The translations under genes were made by a program, and so were the position numbers. Below, piece after piece: positions 22,480-34,400 of a stretch of DNA of 64,000 bases. The first letter of the stretch is position 1; the number at the start of each line of letters is the position of its first letter. The stretch lies in sequence record SRR20825010_6182. The stretch is one strand, 5' to 3'. The notes under the pieces are model-generated. The model was not told the origin of the DNA. It saw only the letters and a program-made list of their open reading frames with translations, and ran no database searches.

Positions 22480-22719
22480 ATTTTCTATTTAATTAATCAT
22501 GTTATTCTATTGTCCCAATTATTTATCTGGGATTGTACGCATCGGAATTTTGGCCTGTCTTAGGATCTCTGTCCAGTATTGGCCAATCCATCCTAAACTA
22601 TTTACAGACGATTTAACTAAGTTTCTTCAACAATTATCTGATCGTTCTTTAAAAACCACCTCCAAATTAGCGTCAATGGCAACATAATTTGTTGGTACTA
22701 GGATTTGAAATATCCATGG

Positions 22720-25700
22720 TTATTTATTGAATAATTCCTTATTGGGAACGTCCTGCATTTCCAAAATTAATTCCCCTCCCTTTATTATCTCTTTTTGTGG
22801 AATCTTCCATGTATCCCATTTTTTTCCGTTCAGTTTGGCTGCATTAATATATTTATTCTCTCGCGAGGCATTCTTTGCTGTGATAGTAAAAGTGTTGCCA
22901 TCATAATATTTATCACTCAAATGAATTGTAACCTTTTCAAATCTGGGACTTCCCAGTTCGTAATGAGGACTAGTGGCTGCCCCACCATCCATTTGAAATA
23001 GTCCAAGTGCACTCATCACATACCAGGCACTCATTTGGCCCTGGTCTTCATCACCAGGATAGGCGTCACGTGGTTCTAGTCCATAATATTTTTCCTGTAT
23101 GGCCCGGGTCCATTTTTGAGTGAGCCATGGCGCATCGGCATGGTTAAACAGATAGGAAGATTGCATATTCGATTCATTTCCATGATTGATGGGGTATCGT
23201 GAAAAATCATCCCCCAGTGCATTAAAATATACTTTCTCAGAGGCCTCCATCGCTTCGTTCAGTTTTGTGACAAAATTATTTTTCCCCATAAGACCGATCA
23301 ATCCAGGAAGATTTTGTGGCACATACCACGTATACTGCCAACTATTTGATTCACAAAACCCTGGGGAATAAAAGGGCGAAAAATCATTATACCAAGAGCC
23401 ATCTTTATTTTTTGGTCGTACGAATCCTGTCTCTTTATCAAAAATATTTCTCCAGTTTTCCGAACGTTTCATAAAGGGCTTATAAATTGAGTCCAATCCC
23501 ATAGATTTTGCCAATTGGGCTACGCACCAGTCCTGATATGCATATTCCATTGTATTGGATACATAACTTTGATTATCATTGTTCAAGGGAACGTAACCCT
23601 TTTCCAAATAATGGTTGTAGCTCTCATTTCCCACCCGACCACCTCCGGGATAAGTTTCAGGCATCGAAGTTTGTTGATGGTAAATCGCCTCCATCATTTT
23701 ATGGGTATCATAATCCCGGATACCATGTTGGTAGGCCGATACCATTAAAGGAATAGCCGCTTCTCCAGGCATCACCGTAACATATTCCATTCCTGGGTTG
23801 CCTCTTGGAAGCCACCCTCCCTTATCATACAGTTCAATAAAAGTATTGATCCAATTCGATGCGTATTCGGGCATTATGAGATTATAGAACTGTACCAGGT
23901 TCCAATGGGTCCCCCAAAAGGCATCGCTACCATATATAGGTCTATCCGGATGGGTTTGTTGTACTTTTTCGTCCATATCTACCCATTGTCCGTTTACATC
24001 ACTCCAAGTAGTTCTAGGGCTTACGGCCCTGTAAAAATTAGAATAGAACTTTACTTTTTGAAGATAATCAGTAGTCACTATTTCCACCCTTCCCAAAATA
24101 TCATCCCATGCTTTTTTTTGATTTTCCACCACAGCCTCAAAATCCCATCCAAAGGGTTGAACCATTTCCTCTTCTAGGTTCATACGTGCCTGTTCCGTGC
24201 TTACCAACGAAATACCGGTTCTGATTTTTATTTCCTTTGCGCCTTGGTTAAAATTGATAAATGCCCCTGCATCGGTGATATTGGCTTTATTGCCTCTTGT
24301 AATGAACCCACTTGATTGCTCCTCCCATCCACGTTGAAGCCCCCAAGCAGGCTCGTAGGTTCTTTTATTGATAACATCCGTATTTTCGATGATCCTATCC
24401 AAAACCCAACCGCCCATATTTTTCATGGGTTGATCTAACTGGATCACAAAGTATAAAGTATAGTCTTGTTCACCGGGATACCCAGTAGAAGAACAATGAG
24501 AAACCGCCCAACCTTCAATTTCTGTATCACTTATCTTTCTGATTTCTGCATCCCGTAGTTCCCAAACATATTCTGAGGGAAAATGAAGGTCTATAAGGAT
24601 TCTGTTTTCTTTATCTAAAGGCAAGGAATAACGCTGCATGGATGCTCTTGTAGTCGCTGTTAGTTCTACGTCAATATCATAGTCGGTTAAATTTACCTCA
24701 TATTTACCAACTGCGGCCTTCTCGGACTTTTTATCGATTCGTGACCTATATCCCAAATCAGGATTGATCTCCGGACCGGGTTGTATTTTTAAGGGACCAT
24801 TGGAAGGCATCATCAGTAGACCCGCCATTGTCCATTCATGAATGTGGCTGAACCCCATAATGTTCTCGATTTGATAGTCGTAACCTGCCTTCCATTTACT
24901 ATCTTCGTTTTCAGGCGCAATTTTCATCATTGCCATGGGCATCCAAGGTCCAGGGGCGATCATCCAACGTGACCCGCTGGTACCCATAAATTGATCCACG
25001 TAATCGGAAAGACGCACATTTTTTTCGGGAGATCTTTCTGGGTAATCGGAATATTTTAGTTTGCCATTAACAAAGATTTTGAGCCTTGACTTTTTTTTAC
25101 TTTCAAGGACAGGAAATTCGAATTCAAGTATGGAATGACCCTCTTCCATGGGCAAAACTATTTCCACTTCATCGAGTATTGCCTTGACTGAAGCCTTTTT
25201 TCCTTTATGTCGTATATCGACCAATAAAGGGTGGGTGAAAGAGTTTTCTTTTTTAGATTCAAATTCAGCAAATAATGCTGAGTGGATTAGAGTGTTACCG
25301 GGTGTCGAAATTTCCATATCGGCGGGTCCCGTGAATTCTATGGCATCAAAAGCACACCATTTACCAGTCACATTTTGAAGGATTATTTCATTGACGCCCG
25401 TTCTTAAAATTTCAACAGGTATGTCAAAGGAAATTTTTTGTAGTTCAGGTCTTAAATTTTCAGGAGTTTTGAAACTTCCATTTTTGAGCTGATGTTCAAA
25501 AGTGTTTCCGTTGATCGTGCATCTGAACAAAGGAGCTTGATCCGAACTTGCAGTCAAGAAATAAAAGGTGAGGGTACAATCACCCATCTTCGAAAGTTTT
25601 TTGGTTTCAAAATATATGGGCAGTTGGCTCAAGGCCAAGCCCGCCCAATACCCATAACCCGCGAATTCATCCTTGGGTCCTGGAAGAATATAGGGCCAAT

Positions 25701-25917
25701 CTTTCTCCGGATCTGATTTTCCCACCACATAATACCTATTGGCACCGCCGAAACCTTCTGGGGTAAAATCCGCATATCTATTAGAAGCCAAAGCAAATTC
25801 CCCATGGGATTCATCGGCCCTTCCTATGTTCCAAATCAACTTTTGCGAAGACGACTGAGCATTGACGCTTGTACAAATGGTCAGCATTAAACATACCTTA
25901 ACAATAAAATATCTCAT
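22720..25917 (-). CDS. GH92 family enzyme with about 300 aa N-terminal accessory domain
   Basis: Signal peptide; ESNSWQY, HGNE, PGDEDQGQMSAW motifs. Confidence 0.9.
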   Translation of the reverse strand: MRYFIVKVCLMLTICTSVNAQSSSQKLIWNIGRADESHGEFALASNRYADFTPEGFGGANRYYVVGKSDPEKDWPYILPGPKDEFAGYGYWAGLALSQLPIYFETKKLSKMGDCTLTFYFLTASSDQAPLFRCTINGNTFEHQLKNGSFKTPENLRPELQKISFDIPVEILRTGVNEIILQNVTGKWCAFDAIEFTGPADMEISTPGNTLIHSALFAEFESKKENSFTHPLLVDIRHKGKKASVKAILDEVEIVLPMEEGHSILEFEFPVLESKKKSRLKIFVNGKLKYSDYPERSPEKNVRLSDYVDQFMGTSGSRWMIAPGPWMPMAMMKIAPENEDSKWKAGYDYQIENIMGFSHIHEWTMAGLLMMPSNGPLKIQPGPEINPDLGYRSRIDKKSEKAAVGKYEVNLTDYDIDVELTATTRASMQRYSLPLDKENRILIDLHFPSEYVWELRDAEIRKISDTEIEGWAVSHCSSTGYPGEQDYTLYFVIQLDQPMKNMGGWVLDRIIENTDVINKRTYEPAWGLQRGWEEQSSGFITRGNKANITDAGAFINFNQGAKEIKIRTGISLVSTEQARMNLEEEMVQPFGWDFEAVVENQKKAWDDILGRVEIVTTDYLQKVKFYSNFYRAVSPRTTWSDVNGQWVDMDEKVQQTHPDRPIYGSDAFWGTHWNLVQFYNLIMPEYASNWINTFIELYDKGGWLPRGNPGMEYVTVMPGEAAIPLMVSAYQHGIRDYDTHKMMEAIYHQQTSMPETYPGGGRVGNESYNHYLEKGYVPLNNDNQSYVSNTMEYAYQDWCVAQLAKSMGLDSIYKPFMKRSENWRNIFDKETGFVRPKNKDGSWYNDFSPFYSPGFCESNSWQYTWYVPQNLPGLIGLMGKNNFVTKLNEAMEASEKVYFNALGDDFSRYPINHGNESNMQSSYLFNHADAPWLTQKWTRAIQEKYYGLEPRDAYPGDEDQGQMSAWYVMSALGLFQMDGGAATSPHYELGSPRFEKVTIHLSDKYYDGNTFTITAKNASRENKYINAAKLNGKKWDTWKIPQKEIIKGGELILEMQDVPNKELFNK

Positions 25918-25949
25918 AGTATTTTTTTATAGTTGGATACATCGCCTAC

Positions 25950-26873
25950 CTAATAAATAGTGTTTCTTACCTGTTCCCAAAAATCGGAATCATATAATTT
26001 GGCACTCCCTATAATGGCAGCTTCTTCCAATACATCGGATATTTCAAAATCCACGTATAATCCTGCATCTTTAATCTTGTTTTTCAAAGCTGGGAGAAAA
26101 AGTTTGTTAGCCTTAGAAACATTACCTCCTAGAATAATTAGATCAGGTTGGTACTTAATAAGAAAAGGCAACATAAATTCTGCCATGTTCGTACCGAATT
26201 CAATAAAAACTTTTTTGGAACTATCATTGTTTGCCTCAGCTATTTCCTTAACTCCATTAGTTGCAACTCCCGAGATTTCTTTGTATCGTTTTATACACCA
26301 ACGGGTGGAAAAGTAATCGTCCCCCAAGCCCAGCTTATAAGGTTTATCCCACATGAATCCTCCTTTTGGAACATTGTCAGCTGTAACTTGAGGAACACCA
26401 TCTTGTATGAATGCAGAACCAAATCCCGTGCCCAATGTTATGGCAACCACCTTACTAAAGTCTTTAGCTTTGCCCATTGAGGCAACCCCCACCCCAAAGG
26501 CCGTAGCGTCGTTCAAGAATCTAAAATCTACTTTGTCCGCATTAAGGTATTTTGATAGTTCCTCTGAAATGGAAAGCCCGTATAAACTTTCATATTTTTG
26601 GTTGTTTCCTATAAACAAACCCACCCCTTTTTTATAATTGAAAGGACCGGGCATGGCAAAGCCAATTCTAGTTTGATCGGGGCTAGCTGTATGCTTGGTG
26701 GTTTGGTTAATGACATTGCTCCATTCCTTAAAAATGGATACTTGGGATGCCTTATTGTCTACTTTATTGGTGAAAATACTGCCAGGTATGATTTTTCGTT
26801 CGTCCAAGTCTACGGCAGCACTGGTAATATGGCTGCCGCCTACATCCACACCTATGGCTATTTGATGTTTCAT
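25950..26873 (-). CDS. ROK family sugar kinase
   Basis: GVDVGGS, MPGPF, NDATAF, ITLGTGFGSAF, ILGGNVS motifs; no HTH. Confidence 0.92.
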   Translation of the reverse strand: MKHQIAIGVDVGGSHITSAAVDLDERKIIPGSIFTNKVDNKASQVSIFKEWSNVINQTTKHTASPDQTRIGFAMPGPFNYKKGVGLFIGNNQKYESLYGLSISEELSKYLNADKVDFRFLNDATAFGVGVASMGKAKDFSKVVAITLGTGFGSAFIQDGVPQVTADNVPKGGFMWDKPYKLGLGDDYFSTRWCIKRYKEISGVATNGVKEIAEANNDSSKKVFIEFGTNMAEFMLPFLIKYQPDLIILGGNVSKANKLFLPALKNKIKDAGLYVDFEISDVLEEAAIIGSAKLYDSDFWEQVRNTIY

Positions 26874-26909
26874 ATTATATTATTTTGGAAAACTTCATTA
26901 GATTGGCAA

Positions 26910-29288
26910 TCATAGTTTCAATAAATTTTTGTTGGGGATGTTGGACATATAGAAATTAAGTGTATCCCCTTGGATCAAATCTTTATATAGAATACTTAGC
27001 TTATCATATGGGCTGCCATTCCTTTTAATTTTTTCAACATAAAAATTGGATAATCCGTTGTTAATGGTTTGAATTATTAATGGTTTATTACTTTGGTTAT
27101 TTACCTTTATTTCGACCTTGTCAAAAATTGGACTTCCAAATTGAAAAGTAGGTGTTTGCCCTGTAAGTCCTTTTACGTCAAATATTCCTAGCGAGGACAT
27201 TACATACCAGCCCCCCAATTGTCCTTGGTCTTCATCCTGCCCGTATCCATAGCCATGGATTTCTTCAGTTCCATAAAACTTGTCTCCAATTAACCGGGTC
27301 CATTTTTGAGTTAACCATGGCATTTCTGAAAAATTAAACAACCACGACATTTGTAAACTTGGTTGATTTCCGTGGTTATATAGTGTTTCAATCCCAGCAA
27401 AGGCATCTATCCCTTCACCACCGAATTCTGTCTTTTGAGAAACAGCGAAAATTGAATCTAACTTTGTGTTAAATTTATCCTTCCCAATGGTTTCAACTAA
27501 ATCTTTTGGATTATGTGGAACATAGTAGGTATATTGCCACGCATTACCTTCCTGAAAGCCTTTCCATGGAGCCAGAGGGTTAAAATCCTCTATAAATTTA
27601 CCTTCCTTTAGCCTAGGTCTAAAAAATCCCGTGTCCTCATCGTAAAAACCTCTCCAATTGTTGGAAAGTTTCATTAAAAATTTATAATCTTCTATTTTTC
27701 CTAGTTTATAGGCCATCTGTGCCACTGCATAACTGCTAAAAGCGTATTCCAATGAATGGGAAACAGAGAAAGGGGAACCGTCGGGACTGTCCCTCCAATT
27801 GGATTCTTCAACGGGGATATAGGAAACATATCCATTTTCAATAAACCCCTTCAAATCTATTTTGCCAGCTCCTTCTTTTCGATTGGTATAATCAATTTCA
27901 TTTTTGAGAGCCGCTTCGTAAGCCAAGTCTAAATTATCTTTTATTACCCCTGTTTGATAGCCTGAGGCTATCATGAGACCTACGAAGTTTGTCCCTACAC
28001 CAGAGACATAACGCCCATTAGCCGTCCCATCTGCCAACCAGCCTGAATTTTTATAGACCTCTAGTTGGGATTGAATAAAATCATTGTAATAATCTGGCCA
28101 TACCAGTGCCCACAATTGATTTAAATTCCAAAACGTTCCCCAGACCGAATCAGTATTATAAATCCGATACTTTGGGTTTCCGTCCATATCCAATTGTACC
28201 TGGCCAACAGACCCATCGTTTTGGGGAAACTGTCCGTTGACATCACTGGATAGCCCCCTTCCAAGTAGAGCGTGAAATAAGCTCGTATAAAATTTGGTTT
28301 TATTCGAGATGGACGAATCCGTAACCTTAATTTTTTGAAATTCATTTTCCCATGCCACTCTTGCATTATCCACAACTTCATCGAACCTCAAATCTTTGAC
28401 TTCGCTCCTGAAATTTAATTTGGCGTTCTCCAAAGAAGTATATGAAAATCCAGATTTTACAACAATTTTTTCTTGGGCCTCGGTCTGAAATTTAAAATAC
28501 ATTCCCGCACCTACGCCACTTATTTTATCCTCATTATCCCATGTTTTTTCTCCTAGAAAAACACCGTGCATTGATGGTTTTTTATTGATCTCAGAATAAA
28601 AATACATTTTTATGTCTGCTCCTGGTTGATACTTTTTTACATATTCCGGATAGGTTACGACATACCCTTGAACACTGCCATTCTTGTTGTAGGTAACTTG
28701 AGCATCTTTGACTTTGCCACTCTCTCCCAATTGGTTCCCAATATCGAAAATTAGGTAAGAGCTATCAGACTTGGGATAGGTATACCGTTGCCAACCTGTT
28801 CTTTCAGTGGCGGTCAGTTCCACCGTTATATTGTAATCCTTGAGCAAGACTTTGTAGTACCCGGGTTCTGCAAATTCGTCGGCCTTGCTAAATCTAGACC
28901 TGTATCCTTCATCAGGGCGTTCTAAAGTGCCGGGGACCGTTTTGAGGTTACCGGTTATGCCCGTAAATAGAAATCCACCAATTTGAAATTCATGCAAACT
29001 GGCAAAACCTTCAATACTACTATGCCTTGAATCGTACCCGACAGCCTCCCACCCACTTTTATTCCCGTAAGAACCGTTTGTTGAAGGCGCCAATTTCACC
29101 ATCCCAAAAGGTAACGCTGCCGGGGTATAAAAAAACCATCTACTATGGGCTGTACCTATATTAGGATCAACATATTTTGAGTAGTTTTCTATGGAATCAT
29201 CATTGATTCGACTATATTCTTTGTTCCCACATGAAAGGTAAAATGTAAACATCAACGGGAATACTAATCGTAAATAAGTATAATTCAT
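26910..29288 (-). CDS. GH92 family lipoprotein (start placed at ATG 29288; ORF extends to 29312)
   Basis: Lipobox YLSC; YVDPNIGT, FQEGNAWQY, HGNQP, DEDQGQLGGW. The upstream ATG at 29312 lies inside the operator box. Confidence 0.88.
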   Translation of the reverse strand: MNYTYLRLVFPLMFTFYLSCGNKEYSRINDDSIENYSKYVDPNIGTAHSRWFFYTPAALPFGMVKLAPSTNGSYGNKSGWEAVGYDSRHSSIEGFASLHEFQIGGFLFTGITGNLKTVPGTLERPDEGYRSRFSKADEFAEPGYYKVLLKDYNITVELTATERTGWQRYTYPKSDSSYLIFDIGNQLGESGKVKDAQVTYNKNGSVQGYVVTYPEYVKKYQPGADIKMYFYSEINKKPSMHGVFLGEKTWDNEDKISGVGAGMYFKFQTEAQEKIVVKSGFSYTSLENAKLNFRSEVKDLRFDEVVDNARVAWENEFQKIKVTDSSISNKTKFYTSLFHALLGRGLSSDVNGQFPQNDGSVGQVQLDMDGNPKYRIYNTDSVWGTFWNLNQLWALVWPDYYNDFIQSQLEVYKNSGWLADGTANGRYVSGVGTNFVGLMIASGYQTGVIKDNLDLAYEAALKNEIDYTNRKEGAGKIDLKGFIENGYVSYIPVEESNWRDSPDGSPFSVSHSLEYAFSSYAVAQMAYKLGKIEDYKFLMKLSNNWRGFYDEDTGFFRPRLKEGKFIEDFNPLAPWKGFQEGNAWQYTYYVPHNPKDLVETIGKDKFNTKLDSIFAVSQKTEFGGEGIDAFAGIETLYNHGNQPSLQMSWLFNFSEMPWLTQKWTRLIGDKFYGTEEIHGYGYGQDEDQGQLGGWYVMSSLGIFDVKGLTGQTPTFQFGSPIFDKVEIKVNNQSNKPLIIQTINNGLSNFYVEKIKRNGSPYDKLSILYKDLIQGDTLNFYMSNIPNKNLLKL

Positions 29289-29292
29289 AAGA

Positions 29293-29312
29293 ATGTAAAA
29301 ATGTTTAAACAT
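29293..29312. promoter_or_regulatory. Putative GntR operator ATGT-AAAA-ATGT-TTAA-ACAT
   Basis: Third copy of the box, immediately upstream of the likely GH92 start and just downstream of gntR. Confidence 0.6.
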
Positions 29313-29355
29313 ATATTGAAACTAAAAAGATTCCAGACTATGTTTAGAGCTTTAA

Positions 29356-30111
29356 TTATAGATCTCTTTTTATATCAATATCATAGGAAAAATAATCGGT
29401 ATGATAATAAACAATGTTGTATTCCACTGGCCTATCTCCAATATCCAATACCAATCTTTCCCGTTTTAGAATTGCTATATCTTTACCAACCTCCAACATT
29501 TCAACAATTTTATTATCTGCTTTTATGGCCCTAAGCTTTTCTTTGGAGGTTGAAACTATTGTATCATGCTCCTTGGCCAAAAGTTCGTATAGTGGGGTTA
29601 CAAAGTTCTCATCACCTGTAATTCCAACTCTAGGGTGAAAATAAGACACGGAATATAAATATTTAGCTTTTTTGGAGCCCCGTATTTTTTCTAGTTTCCA
29701 TATTTTTTTTGTTTTTGCTACTCCCAAGGCTTCATATACTTGATCTTCTGCCGTTACCAGTCCAATTTTCACTAAATAGTTGACCACTTCGATGCCCTGA
29801 TTCCTCATTTCCTTGGTGAAGCTGATCCAATTGTCCAATCTGGTCGAGATTTTTTTCGTCACTACCTTTGTGCCCACCCCCTTTTTGCGTTCTATCAGTC
29901 CTTCGTGAACCAATTTGTTTATGGCTTGGCGGATTGTATTTCTGGAAACCCCCAATTTTTTGGACAAGGTCACCTCCTTTGGTAAAAACTTTTCCCCTAT
30001 TTTATATTCTTTCATAGCAATAAGCCCTCTGAGATACTCCTCGATCTGGGCATGAAGTGGCACAGCGCTATTTTGATCCAATTTAAAATCCATATGTATC
30101 TCGGTTTTCAT
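29356..30111 (-). CDS. GntR family regulator, HutC/UTRA subfamily
   Basis: PLHAQI..LPKE..LGVSRNTIRQAI..GVGT wHTH; C-terminal UTRA-like region (RERLVLD..RPVEY). Confidence 0.93.
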   Translation of the reverse strand: MKTEIHMDFKLDQNSAVPLHAQIEEYLRGLIAMKEYKIGEKFLPKEVTLSKKLGVSRNTIRQAINKLVHEGLIERKKGVGTKVVTKKISTRLDNWISFTKEMRNQGIEVVNYLVKIGLVTAEDQVYEALGVAKTKKIWKLEKIRGSKKAKYLYSVSYFHPRVGITGDENFVTPLYELLAKEHDTIVSTSKEKLRAIKADNKIVEMLEVGKDIAILKRERLVLDIGDRPVEYNIVYYHTDYFSYDIDIKRDL

Positions 30112-30181
30112 TTAGGTTAATTAATTACCTAATATACCTAATATTTAATATTTTAAATCAAAGATAATTATAAACCCTGTG

Positions 30182-31474
30182 TTACTTCTGCTTTTCTGCC
30201 CATTCTTCCAATAACTCAATTGCCTTGTACAATACCCCTGCGGACCCTCGAAAAGTTCCTGAACCCTCGGGTTTATTATCTACGGTATACCACTCATAAA
30301 ACCCATTGTTCTTTATCACCCTATCGGTCATGGGGAAAAGTTGGTCATAGGCCTCTTTTACAAATCCGTACTTTACCAACTGCTGTATCATACGCGCCCC
30401 AAACCAGGTCCAGTCACCTCCGTTTTGATAACCATACGGATACATGCCTTTGTTTTCAAAGGCCCACTCCGGATAAGGAGGATATAAGGTAAGGCCTATA
30501 GAACCTGCACCGGAGGCTTCAACGTTGGCGATCATTTTATTTAGGGACGTTTTGACTTGTTCATTGTTCAATAGACCAGCTTCGATGGCAATTGCGGTTC
30601 CTCCGTGGTAATATATTTTATTTTCATCAAAATCGTCTGGGTAGGGGGAACCATCGAGATAAATATGGGGAATGAATTTTTGATTTTTCTCGTCCCATAG
30701 GACCTTCATGCTATTCCTAGCCAAATCGTTCCGTATCTGTGTCCACTTTTTTTTGGTTTTGGGGATGAGTTCCATCATGTTGTCCAAAGCAACCAACATC
30801 ATGGCATTATCGTAGATATCTATACAAAATTTGGTTTCTTCAGTAATATAAACTCCCCAGGGATGTGCGTGTTGAACATCGCCCCAATCCGCCGTAGTAG
30901 CACCATAGATCAACCCGTATTTATCTGCCCAGCGCTTGTTCAATAGAAATTGCATGGACAATTCCATACGATCGGCCACTGTTTTATCTCCAACTTTTTT
31001 GTTTAGAAAATCTTTGTTTCCTGTTTTTTTTACATACTTGTAAACGGCCTGTACCAAAGAGCTTTCATGATCCGTTTCTACGGTGTTTTTATGCCCGGTA
31101 TAATTAGGTTCTAGGTCAGTATATATGTAGTCATAGCCCCCTTCTGCCTCAACGGCTTTCTCTTTAGGGATAAAGCCATCAATAATGCTTCCGTCTTGCC
31201 CTTGTAATTTAAAAAAGACCAATAGGTTTTCTTCTAATTCGTTTGAATCAAAAACTTCTGCCGAAAGTTCAATGAATGTATTGTAGTCACGTATCCACAC
31301 CTCTCCATATCCATCACCTGCATTAAAGCCGGTTTTTACAACCGCTAAAGCTCTTTTTTTTACTTCAGCGAATTGTTCATTGGAATGTATTTTTTGGCCT
31401 AGTTCTTTATAGTCGGTTTGGATCTTACATCCTAATAAGATTAGGCTCAAAGCAAATGCAATTGTTCTTTTCAT
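30182..31474 (-). CDS. (alpha/alpha)6-barrel glycoside hydrolase-like lipoprotein (GDE C-terminal/six-hairpin type)
   Basis: Lipobox LLGC; VWIRD, ADWGD, YQNGGDWTW, FYEWY motifs. Confidence 0.65.
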   Translation of the reverse strand: MKRTIAFALSLILLGCKIQTDYKELGQKIHSNEQFAEVKKRALAVVKTGFNAGDGYGEVWIRDYNTFIELSAEVFDSNELEENLLVFFKLQGQDGSIIDGFIPKEKAVEAEGGYDYIYTDLEPNYTGHKNTVETDHESSLVQAVYKYVKKTGNKDFLNKKVGDKTVADRMELSMQFLLNKRWADKYGLIYGATTADWGDVQHAHPWGVYITEETKFCIDIYDNAMMLVALDNMMELIPKTKKKWTQIRNDLARNSMKVLWDEKNQKFIPHIYLDGSPYPDDFDENKIYYHGGTAIAIEAGLLNNEQVKTSLNKMIANVEASGAGSIGLTLYPPYPEWAFENKGMYPYGYQNGGDWTWFGARMIQQLVKYGFVKEAYDQLFPMTDRVIKNNGFYEWYTVDNKPEGSGTFRGSAGVLYKAIELLEEWAEKQK

Positions 31475-31481
31475 ATTCTGT

Positions 31482-34400
31482 TTATTTTGAATTGGACATT
31501 GAAGGGGGTAATGCCTTTACTCCCCAACTTTTGTTGGGTTCCGGTCCCATTTCTAATTCTAGCTTACCTCCTTTTAATAATTCGCTGGCAGGAAACCAGA
31601 AATTCGATAGTTTATTTCCATTCAAAGTTGCATTCTGTACATATTTGTTTTGGAAGGAGGTGTTTTTTGCTTCGATGACAAAGGTTTTTCCCCTATTGTA
31701 TTGATTTCCCAAGTCGATCTCAATCCTCTCGTATAGTGGGCTTCCTATTTCATAGATTGGTTGGGTCCTTGTACCGCCATCTGTTTGGAATAGACCCATT
31801 GCAGACATGAGAAACCAAGCGCTCATTTGTCCTTGGTCCTCATCACCCAAATAGGCATTTGATATACCATGGCCATAGTATCTATCCATTATATCCCTGC
31901 TCCATTTTTGGGTTAGCCAAGGCTTTTTCACCCAATTGAACAAAAACGAAAAATGCATTGATTGTTGGTTTCCTTGGGTAACCGGAAAATCCCAATACAT
32001 CTCATTAGGTGCATTATATCTCCAAGGACTACTTACCTTGAAACCACCATCCAAGCGTTCCGCGAATTCTTCTTCCCCAATTATGGATGCCAATGCGGGA
32101 ACATCTTGTGGGACAAAAAAAGTTAACTGCCAGGCATTACCTTCAACAAATTGGAAGTTGCCGGCAGTTTTGATAGGGTCAAAATCGGGATACCAGGAAC
32201 CATTGGAATGCCGTAAATGGGCAAAACCATTTTCCGGATTGATGGCATTTTTCCACCAATATCCTCTCTTTATAAATTCGCTATATTCTTTATCCTTGCC
32301 CAGAGCCTTGGCCAACTGTGAAACGGCAAAGTCATCAAAGGAGTATTCAAGCGTATTTGAAAAACGCCCTTTGTTATAGGGGACGTATTTATATTTCAGG
32401 TAAGGTTCCAAATCCCTATTTCCTGCATAACCATTGCCTACCTTTTGACCTGTAGTAGTTTGCATTTTATAAACGGCCTCAAAAGCTTTTTCCGCATCGA
32501 TATTGCCAACTCCCATTTGGTAAGCCCCTACAATAAGAGGAATTTCATGTTCAGCGACCATTACTGGAATATATTCCATACCTGCTGGCCCTTTGGCCAA
32601 CCAACCATTGGCATCATACATTGCCAATTGAGAATTCACCCATTTTGAGGACCAATCCGGGGTTGCTAAATTCCAAAATTGATTAAGGTTCCAAAAGGTA
32701 TTCCAAAAGGCATCACATCCGAGGGCTACTCCATTTGGGTCGGTTATTTTTTGAATGTTCTCTTCCGCATCTACCCAACTGCCATCAACATCGCTAAATA
32801 TATTCCTGCTTACCAAAGCGCGATACATATTGGAATAAAACTTTGTTTTTTCCAATCTGTCATTAGAAGTGATAACGACCCTTTCTAATAATTTGTTCCA
32901 AGCCTTTTCTTGATTCTCCCGAACTTTATCAAAACTCCACCCAAAAGGTTTTGTTATTTCCTCCTGCAAATTGAGAGTGGCGTTATCAATACTTACATAG
33001 GAAATGGCCGTTCTTGTCTGTACAACTTGATTGTCTCTGGTGTTGAATTCAACAAATCCAACTACATCATCCGGGTTTTTTAGGGTTAGCTGGTTAACAT
33101 TATCTATGGTGGAAACATCTTTATTTCCTTCTTCCTGTCCATCTGTCCATATTCCAAATCTTTTTATCGGCTGGTCGAATTCCATGACAAAATGAACGGT
33201 GTACTCTTGTGCGATATCATCCCATTCTTTGGGCTTATCCCCATCTTCAATAAATTGTTTTCTATAATATCCTTCACCCCATACAGAAGGAGATACTTGT
33301 TTGCTATACCCTACTATTTTATGGTCGTTTACCTTTTCAAAATAAGTTTCCTCTAATTGGTAAGAGTATTCGGAAGGTATTTGTAAATCTATTAAAATAC
33401 GTGATTGGGGTTCATTTTGCGGATAGGTATAACGCTGAAAACTAGCACGGGTTGTAGCCGTTAGTTCAGCTTTAATATTATAGTCACTTAATAAAACTGA
33501 ATAGTACCCCAATGGAGCCTGTTCTGAACTTTTGTCAATACGTGAGCGATAACCGGAATCAGGATCTTCAGGATTTCCTATTTCGGTAATCAAGGGGCCA
33601 TTGGTGGGCATGGTCCCCAATCCCGCCATAGTCCATTCGTGAATATGGCTGAAAGTTCCTACACTTTCAAAGGAAGGTTGGTATCCTGCTTGCCAACCGC
33701 CATTTTGGTTGTCGGGACTTATTTTTACCATCCCAAAGGGCATCCATGGTCCGGGTGCGATCATCCATCTTGAGTGCCCTGTTCCTATCTTGGTGTCAAC
33801 ATAGTCTGAGAGCCTATGAAGTTCTTGCGGCGTTCTTGGAATGGCTCCTTTATCGATTTCTTCTCCGTTTAAATAAATTGTATAGCTGCTCTCTTTTGCC
33901 TTCCTCACGGCGGTCATCGGTACTTCGTAGATATTTCTACCGTGCTCCACCACCTCCTCGAAAATCTGCTGACCGTCTAACATTACCTTTATTTTGGGGT
34001 AGCCTTTTAGGTGTTGTACATCCAATAATAAGGGCTGGTATCGTTTTCCTTTTATATCCAATTCATATTCGGCAGGAACAATATTTCTGACAAATGCATT
34101 TTTTGGTCCTAATAGGCTTGCCTTTGTAGGTCCTTCAAGACGAACTTGGTCAAAAACCAACCAGCTTCCTTCCAAAATGGTTAATTGGATATGGTTTCCC
34201 CCTTTTTTTATTAGATCGGACGGAATTGGAATGCTTATTTTTTGTTCTTTGGTATTGGAAATCTGACCTTTAAGGGCTTCTGGATTGCGACCATTTTCCA
34301 ATTTATACTTCCACGATTTGCCATTGACCGTTACTTTTAAATACGGAGGATTCTCAGGATTGCAATCCAAGATGTCCACAATTAATTGCCAATCATTTGT

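Noticed and set aside
22480-22719. 240-bp gap between GH92 and the sugar porter, with a 62-aa antisense ORF
   Set aside because: It may be a gene remnant, but all minus-strand frames have stops and I recognise no homology.
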